The notes under the pieces were generated by a model. That model made no database searches, was not told where the DNA came from, and saw only the letters and a program-made list of their open reading frames with translations. Positions 8,278 to 15,017 of a stretch of 32,000 nucleotides of DNA are shown in pieces (position 1 is the first letter of the stretch; every line of letters starts with the position of its first letter). The stretch spans positions 12,435 through 44,434 of the forward strand of contig NZ_JBBUTF010000010.1 in NCBI RefSeq assembly GCF_038066575.1. The letters run 5' to 3'. The stretch is from Pseudaquabacterium rugosum (GTDB lineage: Bacteria; Pseudomonadota; Gammaproteobacteria; Burkholderiales; Burkholderiaceae_C). The position numbers and the translations under genes were made by a program.

Positions 8278-9188
8278 GCTGGGCCGCACATCTGCTGGGC
8301 CTGTGGCGCGCCTGGTTCCGCCGCGGCCTGCGCAACGCCCCCCAGCCCCTGCCGGAGCCGGGCGGCGGCCAGGCCATGGCCCGGGGTGGCCCGTGGGCCG
8401 TGGCCTGGGCCAGCCACGCCGGCCCCCACCACCTCAACCAGGACTGCGCCGGCGCGTGCTGGCGCACGCTGCCTGACGGCACCGGCCTGGCCGCTGCCGT
8501 GGCCGACGGGGTCACCAACGGCGCGGCAGGCGATGTGGCGGCCCTGGCCCTGGTGCAGCACTGGCTGCAGGGGCCGCGGCCGCCGCAGCGTCAGCGCAGC
8601 TTCCTGGGCAATGCCGATGCTGCTGTGGCCAAGGCGCTGCGCAAACTCACCCAAGAGCCTGGCGCCGCCACCGGCGCGGCCTGCTGGCTGCAGCCCGACG
8701 GCAGCGGCTGGGCCACCCGCGTGGGCGACTGCCGGCTGCTGCGCGTGGTGCCGCCGCCCGCACAGGACGTCCCCCTGCTGCCCCCCGGCTGGTCCGTGCA
8801 ACCACTGCTGCACGACCAGACCTACGCCCACCTGCGCCGCAGCACTGGCGCCACACAGCCGCTGCTGGACGACGATGAGGACGCCCTGCAACCCGCCCAC
8901 ATGGTGGGCATTGGCTGCCTGGGCGAGCCCGAGTGGGTGCCGCTGGCGCTGGCCGAAGGCGATCTGCTGCTGCTGGCCTCCGATGGTCTGCACGCTGTCC
9001 TGTCGGATGCCGACTGGCACACCGTGCTGGCCCGGCACCTGGGCAGCGCCAACCCGGCGGCGGCTGCCCTGCCGGCGCTGCTGCACCATCTGATACAAAC
9101 CGCCATCGAGCGCGGCAGCGAGGACGACATCACCGTTCTGGCAATCCTGCGCCAGTCAGAACAGTACCGGGAGGAAGTTGAGCCGTGA
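8274..9188 (+). CDS. PP2C-family (PPM) Ser/Thr protein phosphatase
   Basis: Internal ATG of track ORF 7446-9188, overlapping the FHA gene stop by 4 nt. PPM motifs are AAVADGVTNGAAGDVAA, ATRVGDCRLL, LLLASDGLHAVLSD and GSEDDITVLAI. Confidence 0.8.
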   Translation: MSWAAHLLGLWRAWFRRGLRNAPQPLPEPGGGQAMARGGPWAVAWASHAGPHHLNQDCAGACWRTLPDGTGLAAAVADGVTNGAAGDVAALALVQHWLQGPRPPQRQRSFLGNADAAVAKALRKLTQEPGAATGAACWLQPDGSGWATRVGDCRLLRVVPPPAQDVPLLPPGWSVQPLLHDQTYAHLRRSTGATQPLLDDDEDALQPAHMVGIGCLGEPEWVPLALAEGDLLLLASDGLHAVLSDADWHTVLARHLGSANPAAAALPALLHHLIQTAIERGSEDDITVLAILRQSEQYREEVEP

Positions 9189-11338
9189 CCCGCCGCCGCA
9201 CATCCGTGATCGGAGGCGTGCATTCGCCTGCCAATCGTTCGCCCGCCCCCGCGGCCCTGCGCCAGTGGGCCCTGCTGGCCGTGCGCGAGCTGGTGCTCAG
9301 CCAGAGCCTGGACGCCGCCGAGGAGGCCCGCGCCTGGGAGGACACGGCCCGGCGCTGGCGCATCGCCAACGGGGACGAGGAGGGCAACCCCGCCCCCAGC
9401 GCTGACCGCAGCAAGGTCAAGCGCGAGCCGCCGCACAAAGGCGAGGTCTGGTGGCGCAAGGTCTACGAGCCCGAGTACGACGCCCTGCAGGTCAACGAGA
9501 CCGATGTGCTGAAGAAGCTGGCCGACATGGACCCTCAAGGACTGGCCGGCCTGCGCAACCACGTGGCCCATTTCGAGCAGAGCACCAAGGCAACGCGGCT
9601 GGCCTACCGCGCCGTGCGCACCAAGGACGCCGGCCCCAACCTGGACATGTGGCAAGTCTTTGCGCCCTGCACCAGCGTGGGCAACGCCGGGCTGCCGCTG
9701 CCACTGTTCGCCCAGCCGCGCTTTCTGGCGGCGCTCACCCGCCAGGCGCTGATCGCGCTGGACAAGCTCAGCCAGCTCGGCTTCGTGCACGTCGACGTCA
9801 AGCCCGGCAACCTGTGCCTGGCCTTTCCGCCAGGCAGCCACTGGCGCGCCGACCGCGACATCGCCCGTGGCCATTGGGACCTGCGGGCCTTGCCGTTGCG
9901 CCTGATCGACTTCGAACTTGGCTTTGCCCCCGGCGTCAACCGCCTTCCCCACGAAGGCGACAACGACAACTGGTCCCCCTACCTGCAGGCCTGCTTCCGC
10001 GAGGCGAAGAAAGAGCCGCAAGTGCGCATGCGCCTGCGGCGGCTGGACGGCATCGACTGGGGCACCGACCTGTGGGCCCTGGGCCACACGCTGCTGGTCT
10101 GGTGCAGCGAAGCGCAGAACTTCCTGCGTCAATTCAGCAACGCCATCGCCCTCCACTGGGGCGTGGATGGCCCGGCCCACCGCAGTGCGCAGGACACGGT
10201 CGGCCCCATGCAGACCGAGCTGGCCTTTCTGCGCAGCTTCGCCAAGGACCTGCAGGCCTGCGAACGCCCGCCCGCGGATGCGCAAGACGCCGACCCGACG
10301 GCGCGGGCGAACCCGCCCCACCGTAGCCTGTGGTCCCAGCTGGAAACCCGGTTCAAGCTCGGCCCCGGTGACAGTGCCAGCCGCGTCGAATTCCAGCTCA
10401 TCATCCCCACCCGCCCCCTCGCCGTCGCCGAAGGCAGCCGCTGGACCGACCTGGCCGCCCTGCGTGCCCGCACCGCCGCAGGCGCGGCCACGGCCTGGGC
10501 CCGCCGCCAGGGCCGGCCGCTGCAGGCCGCCGCCCGCACCACCACCGCCTGGGGCGCGCGCCACCACCGCCGCCTGCTGGCGGCCACGGCCGCCGGTGCG
10601 CTGGCCGTGGCCGCCGTGCAGGGCCGCGGCGCCCTGGCCGTGGCGCTGGCACCCACGGTGGGCCAGCTGGCCCGCGCCAGCCTGGCCGCCCAGGTGCGGG
10701 CCGACAGCCCCGTGCAGGCCACGCTGGCCCCCGCGCTGCTGCGCCTGGCCGGCGTGCTGGACGACGCTCTGCCTACCCGCGCCATCACTGCCGAGCTGGG
10801 TGCCACGCCGCAGCTGCCGCCCCGCGCCGCCGGCGCTGCGGCCGAGGCCGATGCTGCCACCCTTGCGGCGGTGCGCGAGGCCAACCTGCGCGCCCTGGCC
10901 CTGCTGGCCGATGCGCCCGATGCCGCCCTGCAGGCGCCCGAAGACGGCCGGGCGGACGGCCCGCCGCTGGGCCACCGCCTGCTGCGGCAGGCCTTGGAAA
11001 GTGGCCGGCAGTTGGAGGAACAGGCCGGCCGCGGCCACCCCCCCGCCCGCGGCCAACCCCCCGCCGCACCGGACGCCCGTGCCGCCGCCCTGGCCCGCCT
11101 GCACCAGCGCACCGCCTGGCCCATGGCGGAACTGCTGCAGGTGCACCTGAGCAGCTGCTACGGCGCGCCCCAGGGCCGCCAGCCCGACGCGCTGCGCCCG
11201 GCCCTGGCCAGCCTGCTGGCGCTGGACCGCAAGCAGGCGGTCAACCGCGAGTTCTACATCCCCTCGGCAGAGGTCTATGCCCAGCGCCTGGAGGCTGGCC
11301 AGGACCCCTGCTACCTGCCCGCCGCCACCCCGGGCTGA
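9185..11338 (+). CDS. Atypical Ser/Thr protein-kinase-like protein with long Ala-rich C-terminal region
   Basis: GTG start 9185 overlaps the PP2C stop (GTGA). Kinase-fold landmarks are a beta3 Lys candidate (VWWRKVYEP), an alphaC Glu (NETDVLKKL), the catalytic loop H202-V-D-V-K-P-G-N209 (nt 9788-9811) and D242-F-E in place of DFG (nt 9908-9916). There is no GxGxxG loop, and an extra ~20 aa lies between the catalytic loop and DFE. Residues ~380-717 are Ala/Arg/Pro-rich with a possible hydrophobic segment (LLAATAAGALAVAAV). Confidence 0.65.
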   Translation: MTRRRTSVIGGVHSPANRSPAPAALRQWALLAVRELVLSQSLDAAEEARAWEDTARRWRIANGDEEGNPAPSADRSKVKREPPHKGEVWWRKVYEPEYDALQVNETDVLKKLADMDPQGLAGLRNHVAHFEQSTKATRLAYRAVRTKDAGPNLDMWQVFAPCTSVGNAGLPLPLFAQPRFLAALTRQALIALDKLSQLGFVHVDVKPGNLCLAFPPGSHWRADRDIARGHWDLRALPLRLIDFELGFAPGVNRLPHEGDNDNWSPYLQACFREAKKEPQVRMRLRRLDGIDWGTDLWALGHTLLVWCSEAQNFLRQFSNAIALHWGVDGPAHRSAQDTVGPMQTELAFLRSFAKDLQACERPPADAQDADPTARANPPHRSLWSQLETRFKLGPGDSASRVEFQLIIPTRPLAVAEGSRWTDLAALRARTAAGAATAWARRQGRPLQAAARTTTAWGARHHRRLLAATAAGALAVAAVQGRGALAVALAPTVGQLARASLAAQVRADSPVQATLAPALLRLAGVLDDALPTRAITAELGATPQLPPRAAGAAAEADAATLAAVREANLRALALLADAPDAALQAPEDGRADGPPLGHRLLRQALESGRQLEEQAGRGHPPARGQPPAAPDARAAALARLHQRTAWPMAELLQVHLSSCYGAPQGRQPDALRPALASLLALDRKQAVNREFYIPSAEVYAQRLEAGQDPCYLPAATPG

Positions 11339-11377
11339 CGCCCCACCGCCTGCCCACCCCCGCACCGGAGTCCCCCC

Positions 11378-12877
11378 ATGCCGCCCCGGCCTGTTGCCCC
11401 CCCTTCCCACCCGGCGCCGCTGCCTGCCCGCCCTGCCGCCCTGACCCTGGCCTTGCTGCTGGCCCTGGCGGCCTGGCCCGGGCTGCCTGCCCGCGCACAG
11501 GCCATCAGCGCCCCGCCCCTGGGCTACCCCACGCCGGCCGAGCTGGCCGAGGCCCGGAAGGAAGCCGCCCAGCTGCGCGAGGCCCTGGGCCGCGAACAAG
11601 CCAAGGCCAAGGCCGCCCAGCAGGCCGCCGATGCCGCCAACGCCCGCGCCACCCAGGCCGAGCGCGCCGCCGCTGCGGCCGAAGTCCAGTCCGGCAAGGC
11701 CAACCCCGAGCAACTGGCCGCCCTGCGCCTGGAGCGCGACGCAGCCCGGGCCGAGGCCGCCAGCCTGCGCACCGAGCTGGCCCAGGCCAACGAGGCCGTC
11801 AAGCGCCTGAAGGCTGCGGCGAGCGATGCCGGCGCCAGCACCGCCGAGCTGACCCGGCTGCGCCGCCAGAGCCAGGAGCAACAGGACACCATCACCACCC
11901 TGCGCACCCAGCTGGCAGCCGAGAAAAAGGCCACGGCCAGCGCCAACGCCGCGGCATCGGCTGCTGCTGCCAGTGCCGCGGCGGCAGCCGCCGCCACCCG
12001 CCAGCCCCCAGCCCCGGTGGCCAGAACCACGGCCCCGCAGCCCGCACCATCCACCACCACGACCACCGCCCCCCTGCCGCCCGACCTGAGCGACATCACC
12101 GTACCCGGCTGCGGCGCGGCCTGCCCCACCTTCGTGCTCATCCCCAACCCCGGCCCGGTGACGCTGGGCACGGGCAGCGATGCGCTGCGCATCGACTTCA
12201 AGCACCGCTACGCCATGGCCAGCACCGAAACCACGGTCGGCCAGTGGAAGGCCTTCATCAACGACAGCGGCTACCGGCCGGAGAAAGCCAGCGACACCTA
12301 CTGCAACTGGGACGACAAGGCCTATTCCAGCGACGACAAGCTGCCCGTGGCCTGCGTCAACGTCACCGATGCCGAGGCCTACGCCGCCTGGTTTGCCCGC
12401 AAGTACGCCGGCCAGATGCGGGCCCAGGGCCAGGCCAACGGTGCGCCGTTGCGCATCGACAGCATCGGGCTACCCAGCGAGTTGGAGTGGGAGTTTGCCG
12501 CTCGTGGCGGGCGTTACACCGAAAAGTACCTGTGGGACGACGGCGCCAGCGATGCGGAGACCTGCCGGCATGGGCAGAACTACAAATGCCACGGCGGGGC
12601 CAAGCCCGTCGGCGAGCGGCTGAAGAACGGCTACCGCCTCCACGACATGATCGGCAACGTCTGGGAATGGACGGCCTCGCCCTGGCGTGACCAACGCAGT
12701 GCGCTGCCGCTGCATGGCCGCGAGGCGCCCGCCGGGGTGTCCGGCCCGCGCTCTGTGCGCGGGGCCTCTTTCGTCAACTTCGACGTCAGGCTCGCCCTGT
12801 CCTACCGCCTCTGGTACACCCCCGGCGACCGCTACAGCTACATCGGTTTCCGTTTGGTCGCCCGGATCGCGCCATGA
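11378..12877 (+). CDS. DGR variable (target) protein: signal peptide, coiled-coil stalk, Ala/Thr/Pro linker and FGE-sulfatase/C-type-lectin-fold domain with C-terminal VR
   Basis: 499 aa. It has a Sec signal (LTLALLLALAAWPGLPARAQA/IS), and residues ~50-190 are heptad-like and charged/Ala-rich (coiled coil). FGE-sulfatase family motifs are ETTVGQWKAFI, PVACVNVTDAEAYAAWF, LPSELEWEFAARGG, GNVWEWT and VRGASF...IGFRLVAR. The last ~45 codons match the TR downstream of the RT. Confidence 0.9.
   Translation: MPPRPVAPPSHPAPLPARPAALTLALLLALAAWPGLPARAQAISAPPLGYPTPAELAEARKEAAQLREALGREQAKAKAAQQAADAANARATQAERAAAAAEVQSGKANPEQLAALRLERDAARAEAASLRTELAQANEAVKRLKAAASDAGASTAELTRLRRQSQEQQDTITTLRTQLAAEKKATASANAAASAAAASAAAAAAATRQPPAPVARTTAPQPAPSTTTTTAPLPPDLSDITVPGCGAACPTFVLIPNPGPVTLGTGSDALRIDFKHRYAMASTETTVGQWKAFINDSGYRPEKASDTYCNWDDKAYSSDDKLPVACVNVTDAEAYAAWFARKYAGQMRAQGQANGAPLRIDSIGLPSELEWEFAARGGRYTEKYLWDDGASDAETCRHGQNYKCHGGAKPVGERLKNGYRLHDMIGNVWEWTASPWRDQRSALPLHGREAPAGVSGPRSVRGASFVNFDVRLALSYRLWYTPGDRYSYIGFRLVARIAP
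12731..12868 (+). repeat. DGR variable repeat (VR)
   Basis: This 138-nt segment aligns without gaps to 14682-14819 (offset 1951). All 14 internal substitutions in codons 12773-12841 lie opposite TR adenines. There is one boundary A/G difference and one non-A difference (12754 T vs 14705 G). The 3' 23 nt (12842-12864) are identical to the TR, after which the sequences diverge (IMH-like end). Confidence 0.9.
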
Positions 12878-12887
12878 CCATGGCGCG
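12868..12887 (+). promoter_or_regulatory. GC-rich hairpin/cruciform at the VR 3' boundary (candidate DGR target-recognition element)
   Basis: cgcgccat (12868-12875) pairs perfectly with atggcgcg (12880-12887) around the 4-nt loop gacc. The element spans the target stop codon (12875-12877). No equivalent palindrome follows the TR. Confidence 0.6.
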
Positions 12888-13091
12888 TGACCCCTTGATG
12901 CCTTTACCCCCTTACGCCAAACGTCAGTGCACCGCACACACGCGGATGCGCCGCAGGCCGGTGTCGGGGGTGCGGGGGCGGCAGCCCCCGCCGCGCGACG
13001 CCGCGCGCGCGCGCACGGCGGCCGGTCCAGCACCAGCGGCGTCGCCGATGGCGCGGGGCTTCCCACGGTCCATCGCCGGCGCGCAGATCCA

Positions 13092-13508
13092 ATGACCATG
13101 CATCCACCCGTCCCACCATCGTCCACCTCCAACCGGGTGCCGACGCCCGCAGACCCGCCAGGGGCCCGCGGCGGACAGGCCTTGGAACGGACCGTGCTCT
13201 ACATCACCTGGCTGGTGCCGGTGCTGGAGCAGTTCCCGCGCAGCCAGCGTTTCCTGCTGGGCGACCGTCTGCAAAGCCTGGCGCTGGACCTGATGGACGT
13301 GCTGGTGGAGGCCCAGTACCGCAAGTCCCCTCGCGCCGAGTTGCAGCGCGCCAATCTGCTGCTGGAAAAGCAGCGCCTGTTGTGGCGGGTGGCCTACAAC
13401 CTGCGTCTGGCCGACGTGCGCCGCTACGAGCATGCGGCCCGCGAGATCGACGACATCGGCCGCCGCCTGGGCGCCTGGCTCAAGCGGCTGGGACCGAGCA
13501 CTGCATGA
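13092..13508 (+). CDS. avd: Avd-like accessory variability determinant (four-helix-bundle, 23S rRNA IVS protein family)
   Basis: 138 aa from ATG 13092 of track ORF 12927-13508. It has the characteristic LYITWLVPVLEQFPRSQRFLLGDRLQSLALDLMDVLVEAQY helix pair and a basic C-terminal helix (IDDIGRRLGAWLKRL). The stop overlaps the RT start (ATGA 13505-13508). Confidence 0.8.
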   Translation: MTMHPPVPPSSTSNRVPTPADPPGARGGQALERTVLYITWLVPVLEQFPRSQRFLLGDRLQSLALDLMDVLVEAQYRKSPRAELQRANLLLEKQRLLWRVAYNLRLADVRRYEHAAREIDDIGRRLGAWLKRLGPSTA

Positions 13509-14611
13509 GACGCCGCCCCGCCGCCGACCTGTTCGACCAGGTGGCCAGCTTCCCCGCGCTGCTCGCCGCCACCCGACGCGCGGCCCAGGGCAAGCGCGAA
13601 CGCCCCGATGCCGCGGCCTTTCTGTTCCGCCTGGAACCGAACCTGCTGCGCCTGAGTGATGCGCTCTACAGCGGCCAGTGGCAGCCTGGCGGCTACCGCA
13701 AGGTGATGGTGCGCGAGCCCAAGACACGCCACATTTCCATCGCCCCCTTCGCAGACCGCGTGGTCCACCAGGCTCTGCACGGCGTACTGGGCCCCCTCAC
13801 GCAGCGCAGCTTCATCAGCGATAGCTTCGCCAGCCTGCCTGGGCGCGGGCAGCACCGGGCCATCGCCCGCTATGAACAGTTCCGCGACACACACCCCTGG
13901 GTGCTGCGCTGTGACATCCACCGCTTCTTCCCTTCCATCGACCATGCCGTGGCCAAGCACGAGGTGCGCCGCTGGGTGGCCTGCCCACGCACCCTGGCCG
14001 TGGTGGACGCGATCATCGACGGCAGCAATCCTCAAGAGCCGGTGAATGCCTACTTTCCGGGCGACGACCTGTTCACCCCCTGGGAGCGACGCCGTGGCTT
14101 GCCGCTGGGCAACCTGACCAGCCAGTGGCTGGCCAATCTCGTGCTGAACCCGCTGGACCATTGGGTCAAGGAGGTGCTGCGCCTGCCTGGCTATCTGCGT
14201 TACCTGGACGACTTCGCGCTGTTCTGCCACAGCGCGGACGAGGCCCTGGACCTGCAACGTCAGGTCCAGGGCTTTCTGGACCGACGGCGCCTGCGGCTGC
14301 ACCCCATCAAGACGCAGGCCCTGTGCACCTGCCATCCAGCGACGTTTCTGGGCCTGGAACTGTGGCCGGATCGCCACCGGCGCCTGCCGCAGGCCAATGT
14401 GTCCCGGGCTGCCGAACGGGTACGCCGGGCCCGGCTGGACTGGACGCGAGGCCTGCGGGACGAAGCCGAGGTGCGTCGTACCGTGGCGGCTTGGGTGGCG
14501 CATGCCCGTCATGCCGACACCTTCTTGCTGCGACGGCGCTGGTTCAGTGCAGGCTGGTTCGACCCGGAAGGCGAAACTCGTCGAGCGCGCACCAGGCCAC
14601 GGCCACGCTGA
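13505..14611 (+). CDS. DGR-type reverse transcriptase
   Basis: 368 aa from ATG 13505 of track ORF 13382-14611. RT motifs are KTRHISIAPFADRVVHQAL and LPLGNLTSQWLANLVLNPLDH (the SQ-containing motif typical of DGR RTs), plus catalytic YLRYLDDFALF (YxDD). There is no endonuclease, maturase or RNase H extension. Confidence 0.9.
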   Translation: MRRRPAADLFDQVASFPALLAATRRAAQGKRERPDAAAFLFRLEPNLLRLSDALYSGQWQPGGYRKVMVREPKTRHISIAPFADRVVHQALHGVLGPLTQRSFISDSFASLPGRGQHRAIARYEQFRDTHPWVLRCDIHRFFPSIDHAVAKHEVRRWVACPRTLAVVDAIIDGSNPQEPVNAYFPGDDLFTPWERRRGLPLGNLTSQWLANLVLNPLDHWVKEVLRLPGYLRYLDDFALFCHSADEALDLQRQVQGFLDRRRLRLHPIKTQALCTCHPATFLGLELWPDRHRRLPQANVSRAAERVRRARLDWTRGLRDEAEVRRTVAAWVAHARHADTFLLRRRWFSAGWFDPEGETRRARTRPRPR

Positions 14612-14681
14612 CAACTGCCGCTAGACTGCTTCGCGCCATCAGCCGCAACCGCGACGCGATGGTGCCCGCCCGACCTTCCAG

Positions 14682-14819
14682 ACCGGGGTGTCCGGCCCGC
14701 GCTCGGTGCGCGGGGCCTCTTTCAACAACAACGACGACAGGCTCGCCCTGTCCAACCGCAACAGGAACACCCCCGGCAACCGCAACAACAACATCGGTTT
14801 CCGTTTGGTCGCCCGCATC
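14682..14819 (+). repeat. DGR template repeat (TR)
   Basis: This invariant-copy candidate lies 70 nt downstream of the RT stop. It is adenine-rich for this genome (28 A in 138 nt). In the VR reading frame it contains 10 AAC, 2 GAC and 2 AGG codons. See the VR entry for the alignment. Confidence 0.9.
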
Positions 14820-14928
14820 CCCCACCCGGCCGGAGCAGCGCAGCCCAAGGGCTGTGCTGGCGTGCCGTGCGGGGTATCCAGGTCGGTGCCGGCATGCTTC
14901 GGGGCCTGCCGCCTTGGTCTTCGGTCTT

Positions 14929-14961
14929 GCGGCCGTTGGCGGCGGTGGGGCCCGCTTTTTT
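14929..14961 (+). terminator. Candidate intrinsic terminator / 3' end of the avd-RT-TR transcript
   Basis: An imperfect stem gcggcc (14929-14934) / ggcccgc (14949-14955), with one bulge and a 14-nt loop, is followed by the only T6 run in this part of the window (14956-14961). The stem is weak. Confidence 0.3.
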
Positions 14962-15017
14962 CATGGTCAGCACCAAACGCCAGACCGCACGCCTTCACAC
15001 CACCCACTGGATCCGCC

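Larger units (their letters stand above)
11378..14961 (+). mobile_element. Diversity-generating retroelement cassette (target/VR - avd - RT - TR); chromosomal, not obviously phage-borne
   Basis: This is the sum of the components above. No phage structural, integrase or transposase genes occur in the window. Confidence 0.85.

Noticed and set aside
4910-8289. Long minus-strand ORFs 4910-6844 (644 aa) and 6526-8289 (587 aa), and also 1246-2934 (+) opposite the amine oxidase
   Set aside because: The same shadow-ORF signature applies: Gly/Arg/Ala-rich, no motifs, antisense to motif-bearing genes.
11540-12010. Ala/Gln/Glu-rich repetitive stretch in the target gene as a possible DNA tandem repeat or contingency locus
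   Set aside because: No exact nucleotide repeat unit is present. The periodicity is at the amino-acid (heptad/coiled-coil) level, and the poly-Ala run uses mixed codons.
8822-12205. 1127-aa ORF on the minus strand covering the PP2C 3' end, the kinase-like gene and most of the DGR target gene
   Set aside because: The composition is Gly/Arg/Ala-dominated with no recognisable motifs. It lies antisense to three genes that do have clear family signatures. This is a typical shadow ORF, kept open by GC-rich codon bias on the opposite strand.
12230-12877. FGE-sulfatase domain as a functional formylglycine-generating enzyme
   Set aside because: The C-terminal segment that carries the catalytic Cys pair in true FGEs is replaced by the Cys-free hypervariable VR. 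The protein is secreted on a coiled-coil stalk and belongs to a DGR, so it is a binding scaffold.
12878-13091. 214-nt gap between target and avd, including track ORF 12874-13095 (73 aa)
   Set aside because: The ORF is Arg/Pro/Ala-rich with no RBS or motif, and is probably non-coding. It may hold the avd-RT promoter, but I could not identify convincing -35/-10 elements.
13505-14611. RT as a retron, group II intron or Abi-type defence RT
   Set aside because: An Avd gene is fused by an ATGA overlap, and a TR/VR pair with A-specific mismatches is present. There are no msr/msd-like inverted repeats flanking a short ncRNA, no intron ribozyme domains or maturase/endonuclease extension, and no fused effector domain.
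14688-15017. 5' part of track ORF 14688-15908, translating MSGPRSVRGASFNNNDDRLALSNRNRNTPGNRNNNIGFRLVARI, which could be mistaken for a second FGE-type target or a pseudogene
   Set aside because: This is the TR read in the VR frame. It lacks the whole upstream FGE-sulfatase domain, has no RBS, and its Asn-rich (AAC) content is the template signature. The real downstream gene most plausibly starts at ATG 15018.
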